Virus record (IMG/VR): IMGVR_UViG_3300002835_000135
Direction: 5' to 3' (one strand)
DNA length: 64,000 nt
Origin: an uncultured virus (IMG/VR IMGVR_UViG_3300002835_000135)
Taxonomy: Duplodnaviria; Heunggongvirae; Uroviricota; Caudoviricetes
The position numbers were made by a program, and so were the translations under genes. Below the pieces are notes generated by a model. The model did not search any database. It was not told the origin of the DNA and saw only the letters and a program-made list of their open reading frames with translations. This document shows, piece after piece, positions 1 through 10,278 of the stretch (position 1 is its first letter; every line of letters begins with the position of its first letter).

Positions 1-1
1 T

Positions 2-730
2 GATTGTGAAATATATAGTCAAGGAATAGACAATATTGGTTTTATTAATATTGAAAATCAAATTGGTACGATTTATCGTGAAAAGAAAAAAGAATATAAA
101 GAATTCAAAGAATTTCTATTAAAATCTCAACCAACCAATTCTCCAACCGAAAGAGCAATAAGGTATCATTTTGACATTACTAACTTGCAAAATTTTTTAA
201 AAATAAACGATATTAAATATCGATTTTTATTCTTTAATGCCTCATTAACTGGTTTTAATTTCGATAGGACAAGTACTCCCTTAAATGAGTTTGAAATCAA
301 AACGGTTGAAAAAATTGAAGGGGTTGAGAAAATTGAAGAAGTAGATAACACCAAATATATATTACCTAAAAAATGGAAAGATTCTATTTTGTACAACGAT
401 AAAAAGTGGTCAAAATATCGCAATCTAATTGATTGGGGTAATTTTATTTTATATAATAATGATAGAATTGAGTATGGTGGGATTGATGAATTTGCGTTAG
501 AAAATATCGGCACAATCGGGTACTTAACACATGGTGTTAAACCAGTATCCTTCGGAGATCATTTAAACCAATATGGTGACTTTAGATATGCTGTGGACTC
601 TGGTTTAATAGACCAAGTCAATAATGAATTCATAAAGGATTGGGATTATAAAAACAATAATTTTAAAGAAATAACAATTGATAATTATAAAAACTTAAAA
701 GAATATGGCGGCAAAGTTACACTTCTATGA
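2..730 (+). CDS. Hypothetical protein, 5'-truncated by the window edge
   Basis: Frame of ORF 185..730 is open back to position 2. Confidence 0.6.
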   Translation, partial: DCEIYSQGIDNIGFINIENQIGTIYREKKKEYKEFKEFLLKSQPTNSPTERAIRYHFDITNLQNFLKINDIKYRFLFFNASLTGFNFDRTSTPLNEFEIKTVEKIEGVEKIEEVDNTKYILPKKWKDSILYNDKKWSKYRNLIDWGNFILYNNDRIEYGGIDEFALENIGTIGYLTHGVKPVSFGDHLNQYGDFRYAVDSGLIDQVNNEFIKDWDYKNNNFKEITIDNYKNLKEYGGKVTLL

Positions 731-1991
731 AACCGAAGGGCATAATAGATTTATTGAAAAAGCAAAATACAATATTAATTCCCATAAATTTGTTGGGAAA
801 TTCAATCGTTTAATAGAATTGGGTTTAATTAAAAATCGAAACATTGCAAGTTATTTGGATAAATCAAATGACACTGTTATTATCTATAATCTAATGATTG
901 CTACAATGTTTACAGATAATGATATCACCCCTCCAGAAAGGTCAACAAATATGGAAGTGGCTATAGAAAAACTCATAAGTGAAGTTCCAGATGTAAATAA
1001 AATTATTTTTGAATTTTCATATATTGAATATTACAATCATGTATATCATGGAATATTGACTAAAATAATGGAAAAATATCCAAATATCAGATGGATTGTT
1101 TTTAGTTGTAATGCTCAATTAATTTGTGATTACCCACATAGAGTTTTCTTTTGGGATGATAAACCACATTCATACTGCCTAACACCAGACAATTTAAATT
1201 TCATACAATCTATGGTGTCAACAACTCAATTTAAAAAACAAAATAGATTTATATTTTTTAACCATCACCCCAAATTAACAAGATGGAGAGTTGTTAAGTT
1301 TATACACGAAAACGGTTTTGAAAATTTGGGTAAGATTTCTTTTCCGGATTTAAATATTTTTCCAGTAAACGAAACAGCAAAAATGTACAACTCGGATTAT
1401 GAGGTTGAATATATGTACAATCACCCATTTTCTAAAAAGTTTCCATTATTAATTGATTCAATGGCAGATGACGTAGTTGAAAAATCTGACACCGATTTTA
1501 TTGGAATGATGCGAGAAAGGGTAGAAAATAAACAAATTTTTACATTAAGACAAGTTGGTTTTCACACATCAAATCTTCCGTTGCAAATATCCACTTATTT
1601 TGAGATTTTTATTGAAACCTTTTTTGGGGTAAAAGATAGAACTTGGGTTAGTGAAAAGACCTGGAAACCACTTGCGTCATTCACACCTTTTTGTGGAATT
1701 AATAGTGAAAAATATTATCCATTTCTTAAAGAATCTGGATTTAGTTTTGATAACCCAATATATTTTAAGGATTATGAAAATAAAATTAAACATGTTGATC
1801 CATATGTTGAAAAAGAATATGTGTTATATTCATTTATGAATCACATAAAAAAATTATGTGAGTTAACTGATGATGAAATGCATAGTATGTATTTTTCAAA
1901 TTTTAAAGAAACATCACATAATACAGAACACTATCACCATAGGTTTGTTCCAACCATGACATTAAAACCATTTGAATTCATTGCAGAATAA
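705..1991 (+). CDS. Hypothetical protein, possibly glycosyltransferase-like
   Basis: 428-aa ORF; ET...SEKTWKPL..FTPF motif seen in phage sugar-modification clusters. Confidence 0.5.
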   Translation: MAAKLHFYETEGHNRFIEKAKYNINSHKFVGKFNRLIELGLIKNRNIASYLDKSNDTVIIYNLMIATMFTDNDITPPERSTNMEVAIEKLISEVPDVNKIIFEFSYIEYYNHVYHGILTKIMEKYPNIRWIVFSCNAQLICDYPHRVFFWDDKPHSYCLTPDNLNFIQSMVSTTQFKKQNRFIFFNHHPKLTRWRVVKFIHENGFENLGKISFPDLNIFPVNETAKMYNSDYEVEYMYNHPFSKKFPLLIDSMADDVVEKSDTDFIGMMRERVENKQIFTLRQVGFHTSNLPLQISTYFEIFIETFFGVKDRTWVSEKTWKPLASFTPFCGINSEKYYPFLKESGFSFDNPIYFKDYENKIKHVDPYVEKEYVLYSFMNHIKKLCELTDDEMHSMYFSNFKETSHNTEHYHHRFVPTMTLKPFEFIAE

Positions 1992-2727
1992 AATACTTTT
2001 TACTGGTTGTTCATATTCATGCGGAGATCCTAGTTTTCCACATGAATTTTCATTACTTGTTTATGACAAGACCTTAGGTGATTATTCTAAGGTTAAATCC
2101 TATGCATATCCAGGACAAAGTAATAATTTAATATTAAAAAAAATATATGACGCAATTAATCAAGAAGATTATAATAATTCGTTATTTATTTGTCAATTAA
2201 CTTTTTTACATAGAACAGGTGGATATCATGACATCATAAATTCTTGGGTTGATTATCAGCCAGAATTTATAAATTCAATCCCAATGATTAACGAATCAAG
2301 CGATGAATTAAAATTTCCTTTTCATATTGATTTTATTAAAAATGTTATACAATCAAGTTATGGTAAAATTGATAACAATATACCAGATGACATACTTAAT
2401 GAATTAAAAGTATCATATGAAACATACCTTAAATATGTTTTTAATGAACACGAATCTTTCATGTATCTAATGTATCAAATCGATGTGTTAAATGCATATG
2501 CTGAGAAATTTAATTCTAAAATTATTTTTATATATTGGCCAGAAATAAATAAAAATAAAGAATTATCCGAATTAAAAAAACGAGGGTTTTTCAATATTAA
2601 TGGGGATTATTCAATGCTTAAACATACTATTAAAAATAACTATTGCTTACCCACTGACTCTCATCTTTCGGTTTCGGGTATGAAGCATATCGCTAAAGAA
2701 TTACACAACTTTATCTATGTTAAATAA
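1972..2727 (+). CDS. SGNH/GDSL hydrolase-like protein
   Basis: N-terminal GCSYS, G-x-SN block, C-terminal DSH. Confidence 0.6.
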   Translation: MNSLQNKILFTGCSYSCGDPSFPHEFSLLVYDKTLGDYSKVKSYAYPGQSNNLILKKIYDAINQEDYNNSLFICQLTFLHRTGGYHDIINSWVDYQPEFINSIPMINESSDELKFPFHIDFIKNVIQSSYGKIDNNIPDDILNELKVSYETYLKYVFNEHESFMYLMYQIDVLNAYAEKFNSKIIFIYWPEINKNKELSELKKRGFFNINGDYSMLKHTIKNNYCLPTDSHLSVSGMKHIAKELHNFIYVK

Positions 2728-3487
2728 AAAATTTATTTTTGCTGGTGATTCATTTACTTGGGGACAAGGATTACAATACTATGGTGAATTTAACGATATT
2801 AAAATCATGCCATCAAATCATTATGTTAAAGAATTTTTAACCGATGAACATGTAGATTTTATAAAGAAAAATCGATATTCTAAAATTGTAGCTAATTACT
2901 TAAATAAAGTGGACATTGTTAAAGATGAGAATGGTGGTTCAGATTTCGAAAGTATTGAGTTTATAAAAAACAATATAGATGAAAATGTTGAATATGTATT
3001 ACTTCAAACAACACAACCATTTAGATCCCCATATCGTTATTTTTATAAAGGTGAAGAAAAATGGTTAGACGGGTCTAATTTACACGATAATAATCATAAA
3101 TTAAAAGAGTTTAAAGAATATCTAATTGAAGAAAAAATAAACATTGATGACTGGCTTTATGATCTTAAAAAACAAATAGTTTTAAATATAAAAGATTTGG
3201 CAATATATCTAGACAATAGAAATATAAAATTCAATATTATTTCTTGGACAAATGATTATCTTAATTTAATTAAAAATGATGAATTGTTATCTAAAAAATT
3301 TTTAAATTTAGAATATGGTGGATATACATTTAGTTGTTTTGACACGCTTTTTAGCATGTACCCATATATGACAATACATAAAGATTATGAATTTTTTGGT
3401 GAAGGTAAAACAATGCCAGATCACCATATGGGTTTAACTGGTCATAAGACGATTGCTGATATTATATTAAAAAATATTACCAGCTAA
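2717..3487 (+). CDS. SGNH/GDSL hydrolase-like protein
   Basis: GDSFTWG and C-terminal DHH...GHKTIA. Confidence 0.65.
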   Translation: MLNKKFIFAGDSFTWGQGLQYYGEFNDIKIMPSNHYVKEFLTDEHVDFIKKNRYSKIVANYLNKVDIVKDENGGSDFESIEFIKNNIDENVEYVLLQTTQPFRSPYRYFYKGEEKWLDGSNLHDNNHKLKEFKEYLIEEKINIDDWLYDLKKQIVLNIKDLAIYLDNRNIKFNIISWTNDYLNLIKNDELLSKKFLNLEYGGYTFSCFDTLFSMYPYMTIHKDYEFFGEGKTMPDHHMGLTGHKTIADIILKNITS

Positions 3488-3881
3488 TTTCCCAATCTTT
3501 GAAATCGGCAGCTAAACAATCTATTTTGTAATCTTTTCTACCGCCAACAATCTCTTGTATTTTATTTTTAGCGGTATTTCTAATACCATTAATTCCGTGG
3601 GTTAATTCTAGGTTATTACCGTCTTTAATACCTTTACGGTAATTTGATTCATTATGCCAAATGTGTAAATTCATTTGAGATAAAACAACAATCGCCCTAA
3701 TTGTTTCTGCGGTTATCGGTTGATCCGTATCATTTAAACACAACTGAATATCATGAACAATATCCTTTATTTCTTGTGAGTATTCCACTTTGTGTTCAGC
3801 TATAAACACCTCTTTTAATTGTGATATTGATAATCTATCAACTAATTCTGCTAAGGTTGGTAAATATTTTCTTTCTGTCAT
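3477..3881 (-). CDS. Hypothetical helical protein
   Basis: 134-aa ORF, last gene of the overlapping minus-strand run. Confidence 0.6.
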   Translation of the reverse strand: MTERKYLPTLAELVDRLSISQLKEVFIAEHKVEYSQEIKDIVHDIQLCLNDTDQPITAETIRAIVVLSQMNLHIWHNESNYRKGIKDGNNLELTHGINGIRNTAKNKIQEIVGGRKDYKIDCLAADFKDWEISW

Positions 3882-4249
3882 AATGTATTTCCTTTTTCTA
3901 TTCTATAACTATCACTATCGAAATGAGTTGTTGATACTTCAAAAATCTCACCATCTGTTAGTGCTATTAATTGGTGCGGTTGTCCTGGTCTTTGTCTAAC
4001 AACGTCACCTTTTTTTAAATTTATTTCTTTTGTTAATCCTTTTTCAGTATCGATAAATTTATAGATAAATTCCCCTGAATTAACATACCAAGTTTCATCC
4101 TTTAATAAATGATAATGCATTGAGAATCTACAACCGCTATTGAAAACTAAAATTTTACCGCAGTAAAGTTCATTATTCTCAATAATTAGTTCGTGCCCCC
4201 ATCCTTTTGGTATTTTACAACAATCAGTAATTTGTGGTTCTGGTAACAT
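3878..4249 (-). CDS. Cupin, mannose-6-phosphate isomerase-like
   Basis: KGWG, SMHYH..KDETWYV, PH, EVST cupin motifs. Confidence 0.8.
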   Translation of the reverse strand: MLPEPQITDCCKIPKGWGHELIIENNELYCGKILVFNSGCRFSMHYHLLKDETWYVNSGEFIYKFIDTEKGLTKEINLKKGDVVRQRPGQPHQLIALTDGEIFEVSTTHFDSDSYRIEKGNTL

Positions 4250-4640
4250 CGTTTTTACATTTATAAATTAAATTAGTGGTTGAGTACCCGTTAATTTTAT
4301 TAAAATATACAATTTCTTTTGCATATTGTGAACCAATTATTGGTTTATTCAGATAATCATCACCAATAATAAAATAATCTGGGTTATAATCCATAATTAA
4401 TTCAGATAATTCAATGTCTGAATTAAAAGATACTACCGAATCTACTCCATTGATATTAGATATAAACTCCATTCTATCCGATAGTGTGTTAAATGGTCTA
4501 AATAACCCTTTTTTTTCATTAATTCTTTTGTCTGTGTCCAAACCCACTCTTATAGAACCAAAGGATTTCCCAAAATTTATAAGACGTATGTGGCCAATAT
4601 GTAAAATATCAAATGACCCATTTATCCAAACTTTTTTCAT
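4224..4640 (-). CDS. rfaE2: Cytidylyl/adenylyltransferase, RfaE domain II (HldC)-like
   Basis: NGSFDILHIGH, KGLFRPFN...R, GDDY, GYSTT. Confidence 0.8.
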   Translation of the reverse strand: MKKVWINGSFDILHIGHIRLINFGKSFGSIRVGLDTDKRINEKKGLFRPFNTLSDRMEFISNINGVDSVVSFNSDIELSELIMDYNPDYFIIGDDYLNKPIIGSQYAKEIVYFNKINGYSTTNLIYKCKNDVTRTTNY

Positions 4641-5374
4641 AAAGTACTAACCCCTCTTTTTTGAATTACGATACCAGAACAATGATTGGCGAATCTAATT
4701 GAAACGTCTACGTCTTTATTTTTCACATATGAAACAACAAATGATGCCATAAAGGTATCTCCTGCACCACTAACATCCATTATAACTAATTCGTTTTCAG
4801 TTGGGTATGTTTTACCATTAAAAAAACAACCTTTACTAGATTTAGTGATAATTAGTTTTTCTTTCCAGTAGTTATAATCTAACCCTCCTTTTTCACAGTT
4901 TTGCCACTCAGTTTCGTTTATTTTTATGTATGAATATTTTATTGCCCAAGGACCTAATATTTTTTTCGTATCTAAAAATGTTAAATTATGTGAATTAGAT
5001 ATTAATTCCAAATCTTTAGTTGTCAAAAACCCCTTATCATAATCTGAAACAATAACTGCATCATATTTTTCAAAATCGATAGATTCAAACTTAAATGTGT
5101 TTTCAATAACATCATTATCGTCTACACGAATTAACATTTGATTTGATTTTTCATCAACATATCTAGTTTTCGTTATTTTTTCTTTATTTGATAGTAAATC
5201 AACTACCTCAACATCCAATGATAATAAATTATCATAGACATTACCAGCCATCCCTAAATTTCTAGTTACTTTTGTCGGTTTAAAAACCGGAACGGGTGCT
5301 TCAGGGCATAATCTTTCGCACACTCCGTAAATAAAAACGTCATCACAAACGTCTCCGATTACTAATATTTTCAT
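4637..5374 (-). CDS. rfaE1: PfkB-family kinase, RfaE domain I (heptose-7-P kinase, HldA)-like
   Basis: RLCPEAPVPV, GMAGNV, VSDYDKG, DVSGAGDTF; start moved to MKILVIGD. Confidence 0.8.
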   Translation of the reverse strand: MKILVIGDVCDDVFIYGVCERLCPEAPVPVFKPTKVTRNLGMAGNVYDNLLSLDVEVVDLLSNKEKITKTRYVDEKSNQMLIRVDDNDVIENTFKFESIDFEKYDAVIVSDYDKGFLTTKDLELISNSHNLTFLDTKKILGPWAIKYSYIKINETEWQNCEKGGLDYNYWKEKLIITKSSKGCFFNGKTYPTENELVIMDVSGAGDTFMASFVVSYVKNKDVDVSIRFANHCSGIVIQKRGVSTL

Positions 5375-5431
5375 ATTAATAATAATATTAAAAAAACACA
5401 AAAAAGTGAATTGTTTTAGATTAAAATAGCG

Positions 5432-6829
5432 TTATAATATAGCTCTAGTACCGATTAAGAAATTACTTAAGAATGGTGTTCCTGAAGCGGTATTTCCACT
5501 TAGTTTATAGTTAAAACTAAATCCAAACCTCTTACTAATTTTATAATCAAAGGAAGCACCTACCAAAAAGCCCATATGTCTATTTACCGTAGTTGTTCCA
5601 GCAACACTATTCCAAGATATTGGTGCAAACATCGTAAATAACTGAGGTGAAATGGTTAATTTTTTACTATACTGATATGGCTTGGTCCAAAATGCCACAA
5701 CAGAGGTTGACATGTTATAGTCATATGTGGTATCTGTCGATTTCAAAAATAAATTAATCAAACCTAAGTTATAACCAAAAACACCGTGTTTTGGGGTTGG
5801 TTTAATCCACGTATACCCCAATAAATTCATGTAATTACCATTCAAATAAGCAAATGCGCTTGAATACGAATGTATTGCGTTTAATTTGCCTCCATTGAAG
5901 TCCATCTTGGTATATCCACCGCTAACAATAAACGTCTTTAAATCGCTCATAATTACCGTATTTGCAGAATAACTTTTATCGCCACCTAACGATGATTTAG
6001 AAACACCAATAGTTGCTGATTGTAACCATCTACCGTCAGGCGATTCAATTGTTGACAAATCAGATGACAATAACATTGGATTAGTTACCGCCGCTTTTTC
6101 CTTTTTCTTTTCTTCCTTTTTTTCTTCTTTCTTTTCCTCTTTTTTCTCCTCTGATTTACTTTCTTCTTTCTTTTCTTCTTTAGTTTCTGATTTAGCTTCT
6201 TCTTTTTTCTCTTCAGATTTAGTTTCCGATTTTGATTCACTTTTACTTTCCGTCTTTGCTTCGGTTTTAGTTTCTGTTTTACTTTCCGATGATGATGACG
6301 ATGAACTACTAGAAGATGAACTACTAGAGGATGATGATCCACCACTTGTTGCAGGTGGTGTTGATGATGAACTTCCGCTTGATGGTGGTGGTGTCACTGG
6401 CGGTGGGGTTGACGCAGAACTAGCCGCGGCAGAACTTGCGGAACTACTAGCTGCGGAGCTTGCGGAACTACTAGCAGCGGAACTCGCAGCAGAACTAGCG
6501 GCTGAACTAGCAGCGGCGGATGCTGCCGAAGCCGCGGCGTTTGCTACAGCTTGTTGAACAACAGGGTTATTAATAACCGGACAAGTTAATGCTTCATATG
6601 TGGTTTTTGTTGTCAATAACCACGTTTGTACAACACCTGTTTGTACTTCTAATGGTGAAAAGGTTCTAACTTGATTGTAAAAAGACACTGTAGCATAACC
6701 ATTTATCATTGTTGTTGTGGCTATTTTTTTTTCACCACTACATTTATCGATAAATGTTTGACTGTATGTTTGCCCATACGATATTGAGGCAAAACAAAGA
6801 ATAATAAATAAAAAAATAATTTTTTTCAT
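5432..6829 (-). CDS. Secreted protein with Ala/Ser- and Glu/Lys-rich linker and probable C-terminal beta-barrel
   Basis: Signal peptide; low-complexity middle; amphipathic beta-strand C-terminal half. Confidence 0.6.
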   Translation of the reverse strand: MKKIIFLFIILCFASISYGQTYSQTFIDKCSGEKKIATTTMINGYATVSFYNQVRTFSPLEVQTGVVQTWLLTTKTTYEALTCPVINNPVVQQAVANAAASAASAAASSAASSAASSAASSSASSAASSSASSAAASSASTPPPVTPPPSSGSSSSTPPATSGGSSSSSSSSSSSSSSSSSESKTETKTEAKTESKSESKSETKSEEKKEEAKSETKEEKKEESKSEEKKEEKKEEKKEEKKKEKAAVTNPMLLSSDLSTIESPDGRWLQSATIGVSKSSLGGDKSYSANTVIMSDLKTFIVSGGYTKMDFNGGKLNAIHSYSSAFAYLNGNYMNLLGYTWIKPTPKHGVFGYNLGLINLFLKSTDTTYDYNMSTSVVAFWTKPYQYSKKLTISPQLFTMFAPISWNSVAGTTTVNRHMGFLVGASFDYKISKRFGFSFNYKLSGNTASGTPFLSNFLIGTRAIL

Positions 6830-6832
6830 TAA

Positions 6833-7684
6833 TTACTTATTATTAAGACCAATCGCTATTTGAGTGTATTTTCTTATTGGGTCGACGTCAAATTTGATAG
6901 TTAAAAAATTAAAATCTCTAATAACACCAATCTTGAATGTTGTAAAGTTTGTATTCGACTTTGGAAAAGATATTCCACCAATAGCATCTCTACCTTGATA
7001 TCTCAAAATTTCACGCCCAAAACCAATCATACCGTGAATTCCCAATTTGTTAATTCTTTTACCCGCGCCCAAATAAATTGCTGACTCTTTTTTAAAATCA
7101 TTATCACTAATTGGGAAGTCAGCTATAGCAATGTTGCCATATGGGTAATATTTATTTTGATCAATCTCATATGTCATCACATAATCTAAAATAAAATATC
7201 CCTTTTTACCTCCGACTGCTCCCCAATAAGACACTTGCTTATTATTGGTATGTCCAAAACCAAAAGTGGTATATGGCGATTCCTTTCTAATCGTGTCTCT
7301 TTTACCACTTTCATATATGTGAATTACACTTCTTTGTCTCCACCCTAAATCATCATACCAAATATATGGTAATGGTTGATACCACCCCCAATTACCCCAA
7401 TAATACCCAAATTGATTTTGCCTGTTCCAATTTTGAACACGTATTCTACCACGCGGGTCTGGATTAGGTTGTAATTGTTGTTGTGGTGGATTATTTCTCC
7501 AATTACTCACATCATTTCTTTGTGGGGCTGATTGTTGTGTTTTTGGTGTTTCAACTCTCGGTTGTGGTGTTGATTGTTGCGGTGGATTAGTTCTCCATGT
7601 TGATACCTGTCCGAACATTAAAGTTGGGAATAATAAAACTAAAAATAAAATTGTTTTCATACTGTTTTTTTTAAATTTTTTCAT
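6833..7684 (-). CDS. Secreted protein with Pro/Gln-rich N-region and probable beta-barrel
   Basis: Signal peptide; alternating beta-strand pattern at the C-terminus. Confidence 0.55.
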   Translation of the reverse strand: MKKFKKNSMKTILFLVLLFPTLMFGQVSTWRTNPPQQSTPQPRVETPKTQQSAPQRNDVSNWRNNPPQQQLQPNPDPRGRIRVQNWNRQNQFGYYWGNWGWYQPLPYIWYDDLGWRQRSVIHIYESGKRDTIRKESPYTTFGFGHTNNKQVSYWGAVGGKKGYFILDYVMTYEIDQNKYYPYGNIAIADFPISDNDFKKESAIYLGAGKRINKLGIHGMIGFGREILRYQGRDAIGGISFPKSNTNFTTFKIGVIRDFNFLTIKFDVDPIRKYTQIAIGLNNK

Positions 7685-7917
7685 AATATATTTTTTAAAA
7701 TAACTCTATCCAATTCTTCAGGTCTTAATGCTAAAGTTGATTCTACGTGACCACTTCCAGATAGAATATTAACCAAGTATAATCCTAACTTTTTTTCACT
7801 TATTTCAATTTGTTGCCCACATATAAAGCCCATCTCCATCATTTTTAACCTCAAACAAGGGACGCAATTTTCACAATCAACTTTTTGTGGTACATCTATA
7901 ACTTCACACACTCTCAT
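7681..7917 (-). CDS. FeoA (SH3-like) domain protein
   Basis: LRLKMMEMGF..GQQIEI...LALRPEE resembles FeoA. Confidence 0.65.
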   Translation of the reverse strand: MRVCEVIDVPQKVDCENCVPCLRLKMMEMGFICGQQIEISEKKLGLYLVNILSGSGHVESTLALRPEELDRVILKNIL

Positions 7918-7985
7918 ACTTATAAATATAAAAAAAAGGGGTTGTGGACCCCTTTTAATTTATTGTTAATTTCTTTTATTTTAAC

Positions 7986-8702
7986 TTATTCGGTAAAAAT
8001 CCCCTTTTTAATCATTCTATCTAGAATTCTTGCACAAGCAATGTCTAACGCTTTTTTTGTTGCAATTGAGATAGTTGACTGATTAAATTTAATCGGATCT
8101 ACTGTTGCGTCAGATAATAACGTTAATTGTCTATTTGTTACCGCCTCACCCAAACCAGACGCCCCGAATAATACTCCAGTTTCAGCGTCAGTGAATCTTA
8201 CCTGTAAACCAATACGTGTAACCATATTGTCTTTAACACCATCCTTTAAATTAACCGTTTCATCTTCAGAAATCGAATAATCATAACATTCTACTGTTAC
8301 AAAATACTTCGCTAGATTAATTTTACCCCTGCCATCTAGTTTGTTTTCTGATATCCCAGCTTGAGACGCCTGGAATTGTTTAACCATACGATTTTTTATT
8401 TCGGTCTTATCCTCAGTAAATTTGAATCTATTTAGGTTTTCAAGGTATTCCATTGTTATATTGGCAACGCCCAAACCAACTCTTTTTTCTTTAAGTTCTG
8501 GGTACATTTCGTACATTTCGTCACTGATACCCGCTTTAAGAATTTGTATTGGAATTTGCGGACCGTCGTAGTCCAAAAATTGACTTATGTCTATTTTTGT
8601 TTCAAAAGACGCTTTATAATTTTCCGTTTTAGTTGTGCCTATTGTTTGACTAAATGCCGTTATAGACACTAAAACTGCTAAAATTGTTAATATTAGTTTC
8701 AT
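7986..8702 (-). CDS. CsgG/HfaB-like secreted protein
   Basis: Signal peptide from MKLILTIL; L.NLNRFK..E, VRFTDAETG, KKALD pattern of the CsgG/TolB-N fold. Confidence 0.6.
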   Translation of the reverse strand: MKLILTILAVLVSITAFSQTIGTTKTENYKASFETKIDISQFLDYDGPQIPIQILKAGISDEMYEMYPELKEKRVGLGVANITMEYLENLNRFKFTEDKTEIKNRMVKQFQASQAGISENKLDGRGKINLAKYFVTVECYDYSISEDETVNLKDGVKDNMVTRIGLQVRFTDAETGVLFGASGLGEAVTNRQLTLLSDATVDPIKFNQSTISIATKKALDIACARILDRMIKKGIFTE

Positions 8703-8704
8703 GT

Positions 8705-8824
8705 TTAAATAATTGCCGTAATTGCTGCTGTTAATAATGTAAACCCACAATATAATATGAAGAAACCGAAACTCATGGCACCACATAATAATGAGAATTC
8801 GAAAATGTCTTGAAATTTTTTCAT
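8705..8824 (-). CDS. 39-aa hydrophobic membrane peptide (not in the ORF track)
   Basis: MKKFQDIFEFSLLCGAMSFGFFILYCGFTLLTAAITAII fills the gap between neighbours exactly. Confidence 0.5.
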   Translation of the reverse strand: MKKFQDIFEFSLLCGAMSFGFFILYCGFTLLTAAITAII

Positions 8825-8828
8825 TTTA

Positions 8829-9059
8829 TTATTTTTTTACTGGACCTTCGTACCAAATATTATCAGGATTATTTTTAAATGTTCCATCAATTTTCCAGTC
8901 AACTTCTTGACTTATTCGACTTGCCCTATCTTCTTGCCCGCTTAACATTAAGTAGACAAAAAATAATTGAACTGCTAGCGCGGTAAATATGAATAAACCC
9001 GCTAACATCAGGTATCCGGCAAAAATCTTTTCTCCTGCCTTTTTTAATGATATAACCAT
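8829..9059 (-). CDS. Small membrane protein
   Basis: One TM segment; upstream TATTTATA motif. Confidence 0.55.
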   Translation of the reverse strand: MVISLKKAGEKIFAGYLMLAGLFIFTALAVQLFFVYLMLSGQEDRASRISQEVDWKIDGTFKNNPDNIWYEGPVKK

Positions 9060-9193
9060 AACTTACTTTTATTATAAATATTGCCTTTTTAATAAAAAAA
9101 AAAGAGGAGTAAAACTCCCCTTTAAATTAACCTTATTTTTCTTCCATGTTGATATACAACTGCCATATCTATAAATGGTAAAAAAACATAATA

Positions 9194-9937
9194 TTAAGGA
9201 TTCCATTTATTTAATGCACTTATGTAATTACTTGTCATATGGTCTTTAACGGTCTGACCTGTAAAAACTGCTTTAAGATATTCAGTTACTCTTTTCGTAT
9301 CAATCATCCATTTTTTAATTTTACCCTCATCATCAATCCTTAATTCGGTATTAACGTGATAGTATCCAATATTTGGTGCGCGGGTAACCAAATCTAAATT
9401 ATGGACGATTCTTAAAGATTCAATTGATGATTTATCAAAGTTTTGTTTGAATATTTTATTTCCAACTCTTGGACTACCGATAGTACAACATATAATCTTA
9501 TTTGATTTATAAATTGAATAAATCTCATATGCGCATAAGGTAGAAACCGCGGCACCCAAACTGTGACCACAAACAATAATATTATCGACCTCACCTTCAC
9601 CACCTAACGTTGATAACGCCTTTTCAAATGCTTCGTATGTTTTGTCTTTTACAGAATCCCAAGACGATTTAAAACCAATATGAACTTTTTCACCATCTTG
9701 AACAAATGGTACTTTATCAATTGACGCGTCGTTTTGAAAATCTTTTTTAGATGAACTACCTCTCCAAACGATATAGATAGATTTGTCTTTTGTTGCAACA
9801 AACCCTTGTGTGTCTGATTTTTTATCCTCAATCCATTTAATTAATTTTAATCTTAGCGCTTTAAAATCAATGTCTTTTTCTTCTGAATATACTTTCTCGG
9901 TTAAACCAACATTGTATAGTATTTCGTTTTTTGTCAT
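9194..9937 (-). CDS. Lipase class 3 (alpha/beta hydrolase)
   Basis: VWRGS, VHIGF, GHSLGAA, GSPRVGN, DLV, DH. Confidence 0.9.
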   Translation of the reverse strand: MTKNEILYNVGLTEKVYSEEKDIDFKALRLKLIKWIEDKKSDTQGFVATKDKSIYIVWRGSSSKKDFQNDASIDKVPFVQDGEKVHIGFKSSWDSVKDKTYEAFEKALSTLGGEGEVDNIIVCGHSLGAAVSTLCAYEIYSIYKSNKIICCTIGSPRVGNKIFKQNFDKSSIESLRIVHNLDLVTRAPNIGYYHVNTELRIDDEGKIKKWMIDTKRVTEYLKAVFTGQTVKDHMTSNYISALNKWNP

Positions 9938-9991
9938 ATCTTATTTTATTATAAATACATAAAAAAAGGGAGTTAAAAACTCCCTTTCGTA

Positions 9992-10240
9992 TTAACCTTC
10001 TGTTTCTTCTTTCTTTTTATGAGAGAATTTATCCATTGTATCAGCACCCATTCCAATCCCTGTGATAATCATCACAGCATTCACCAATTCAGGTGATGGA
10101 GCAAATTCTGCGTGAGAGAACGAATTTAAGATCATAGTTACACATAGGAACATTGCCCCTACAAATGCTATAACTGGTTTTACTGAAATTGAACCTCTTT
10201 CGTCTTTGAAGAGTTCAATTGCCCATTGTTTGAAATTCAT
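9992..10240 (-). CDS. Small two-TM membrane protein (holin-like)
   Basis: Two hydrophobic helices, charged C-terminus. Confidence 0.55.
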   Translation of the reverse strand: MNFKQWAIELFKDERGSISVKPVIAFVGAMFLCVTMILNSFSHAEFAPSPELVNAVMIITGIGMGADTMDKFSHKKKEETEG

Positions 10241-10278
10241 AATTTTTGTTTTTGGTTTATATTGTTTATTTGGTCGTT

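Noticed and set aside
6085..6345. Lys/Arg-rich 86-aa ORF
   Set aside because: Alternative frame of the low-complexity linker in 5432..6829.
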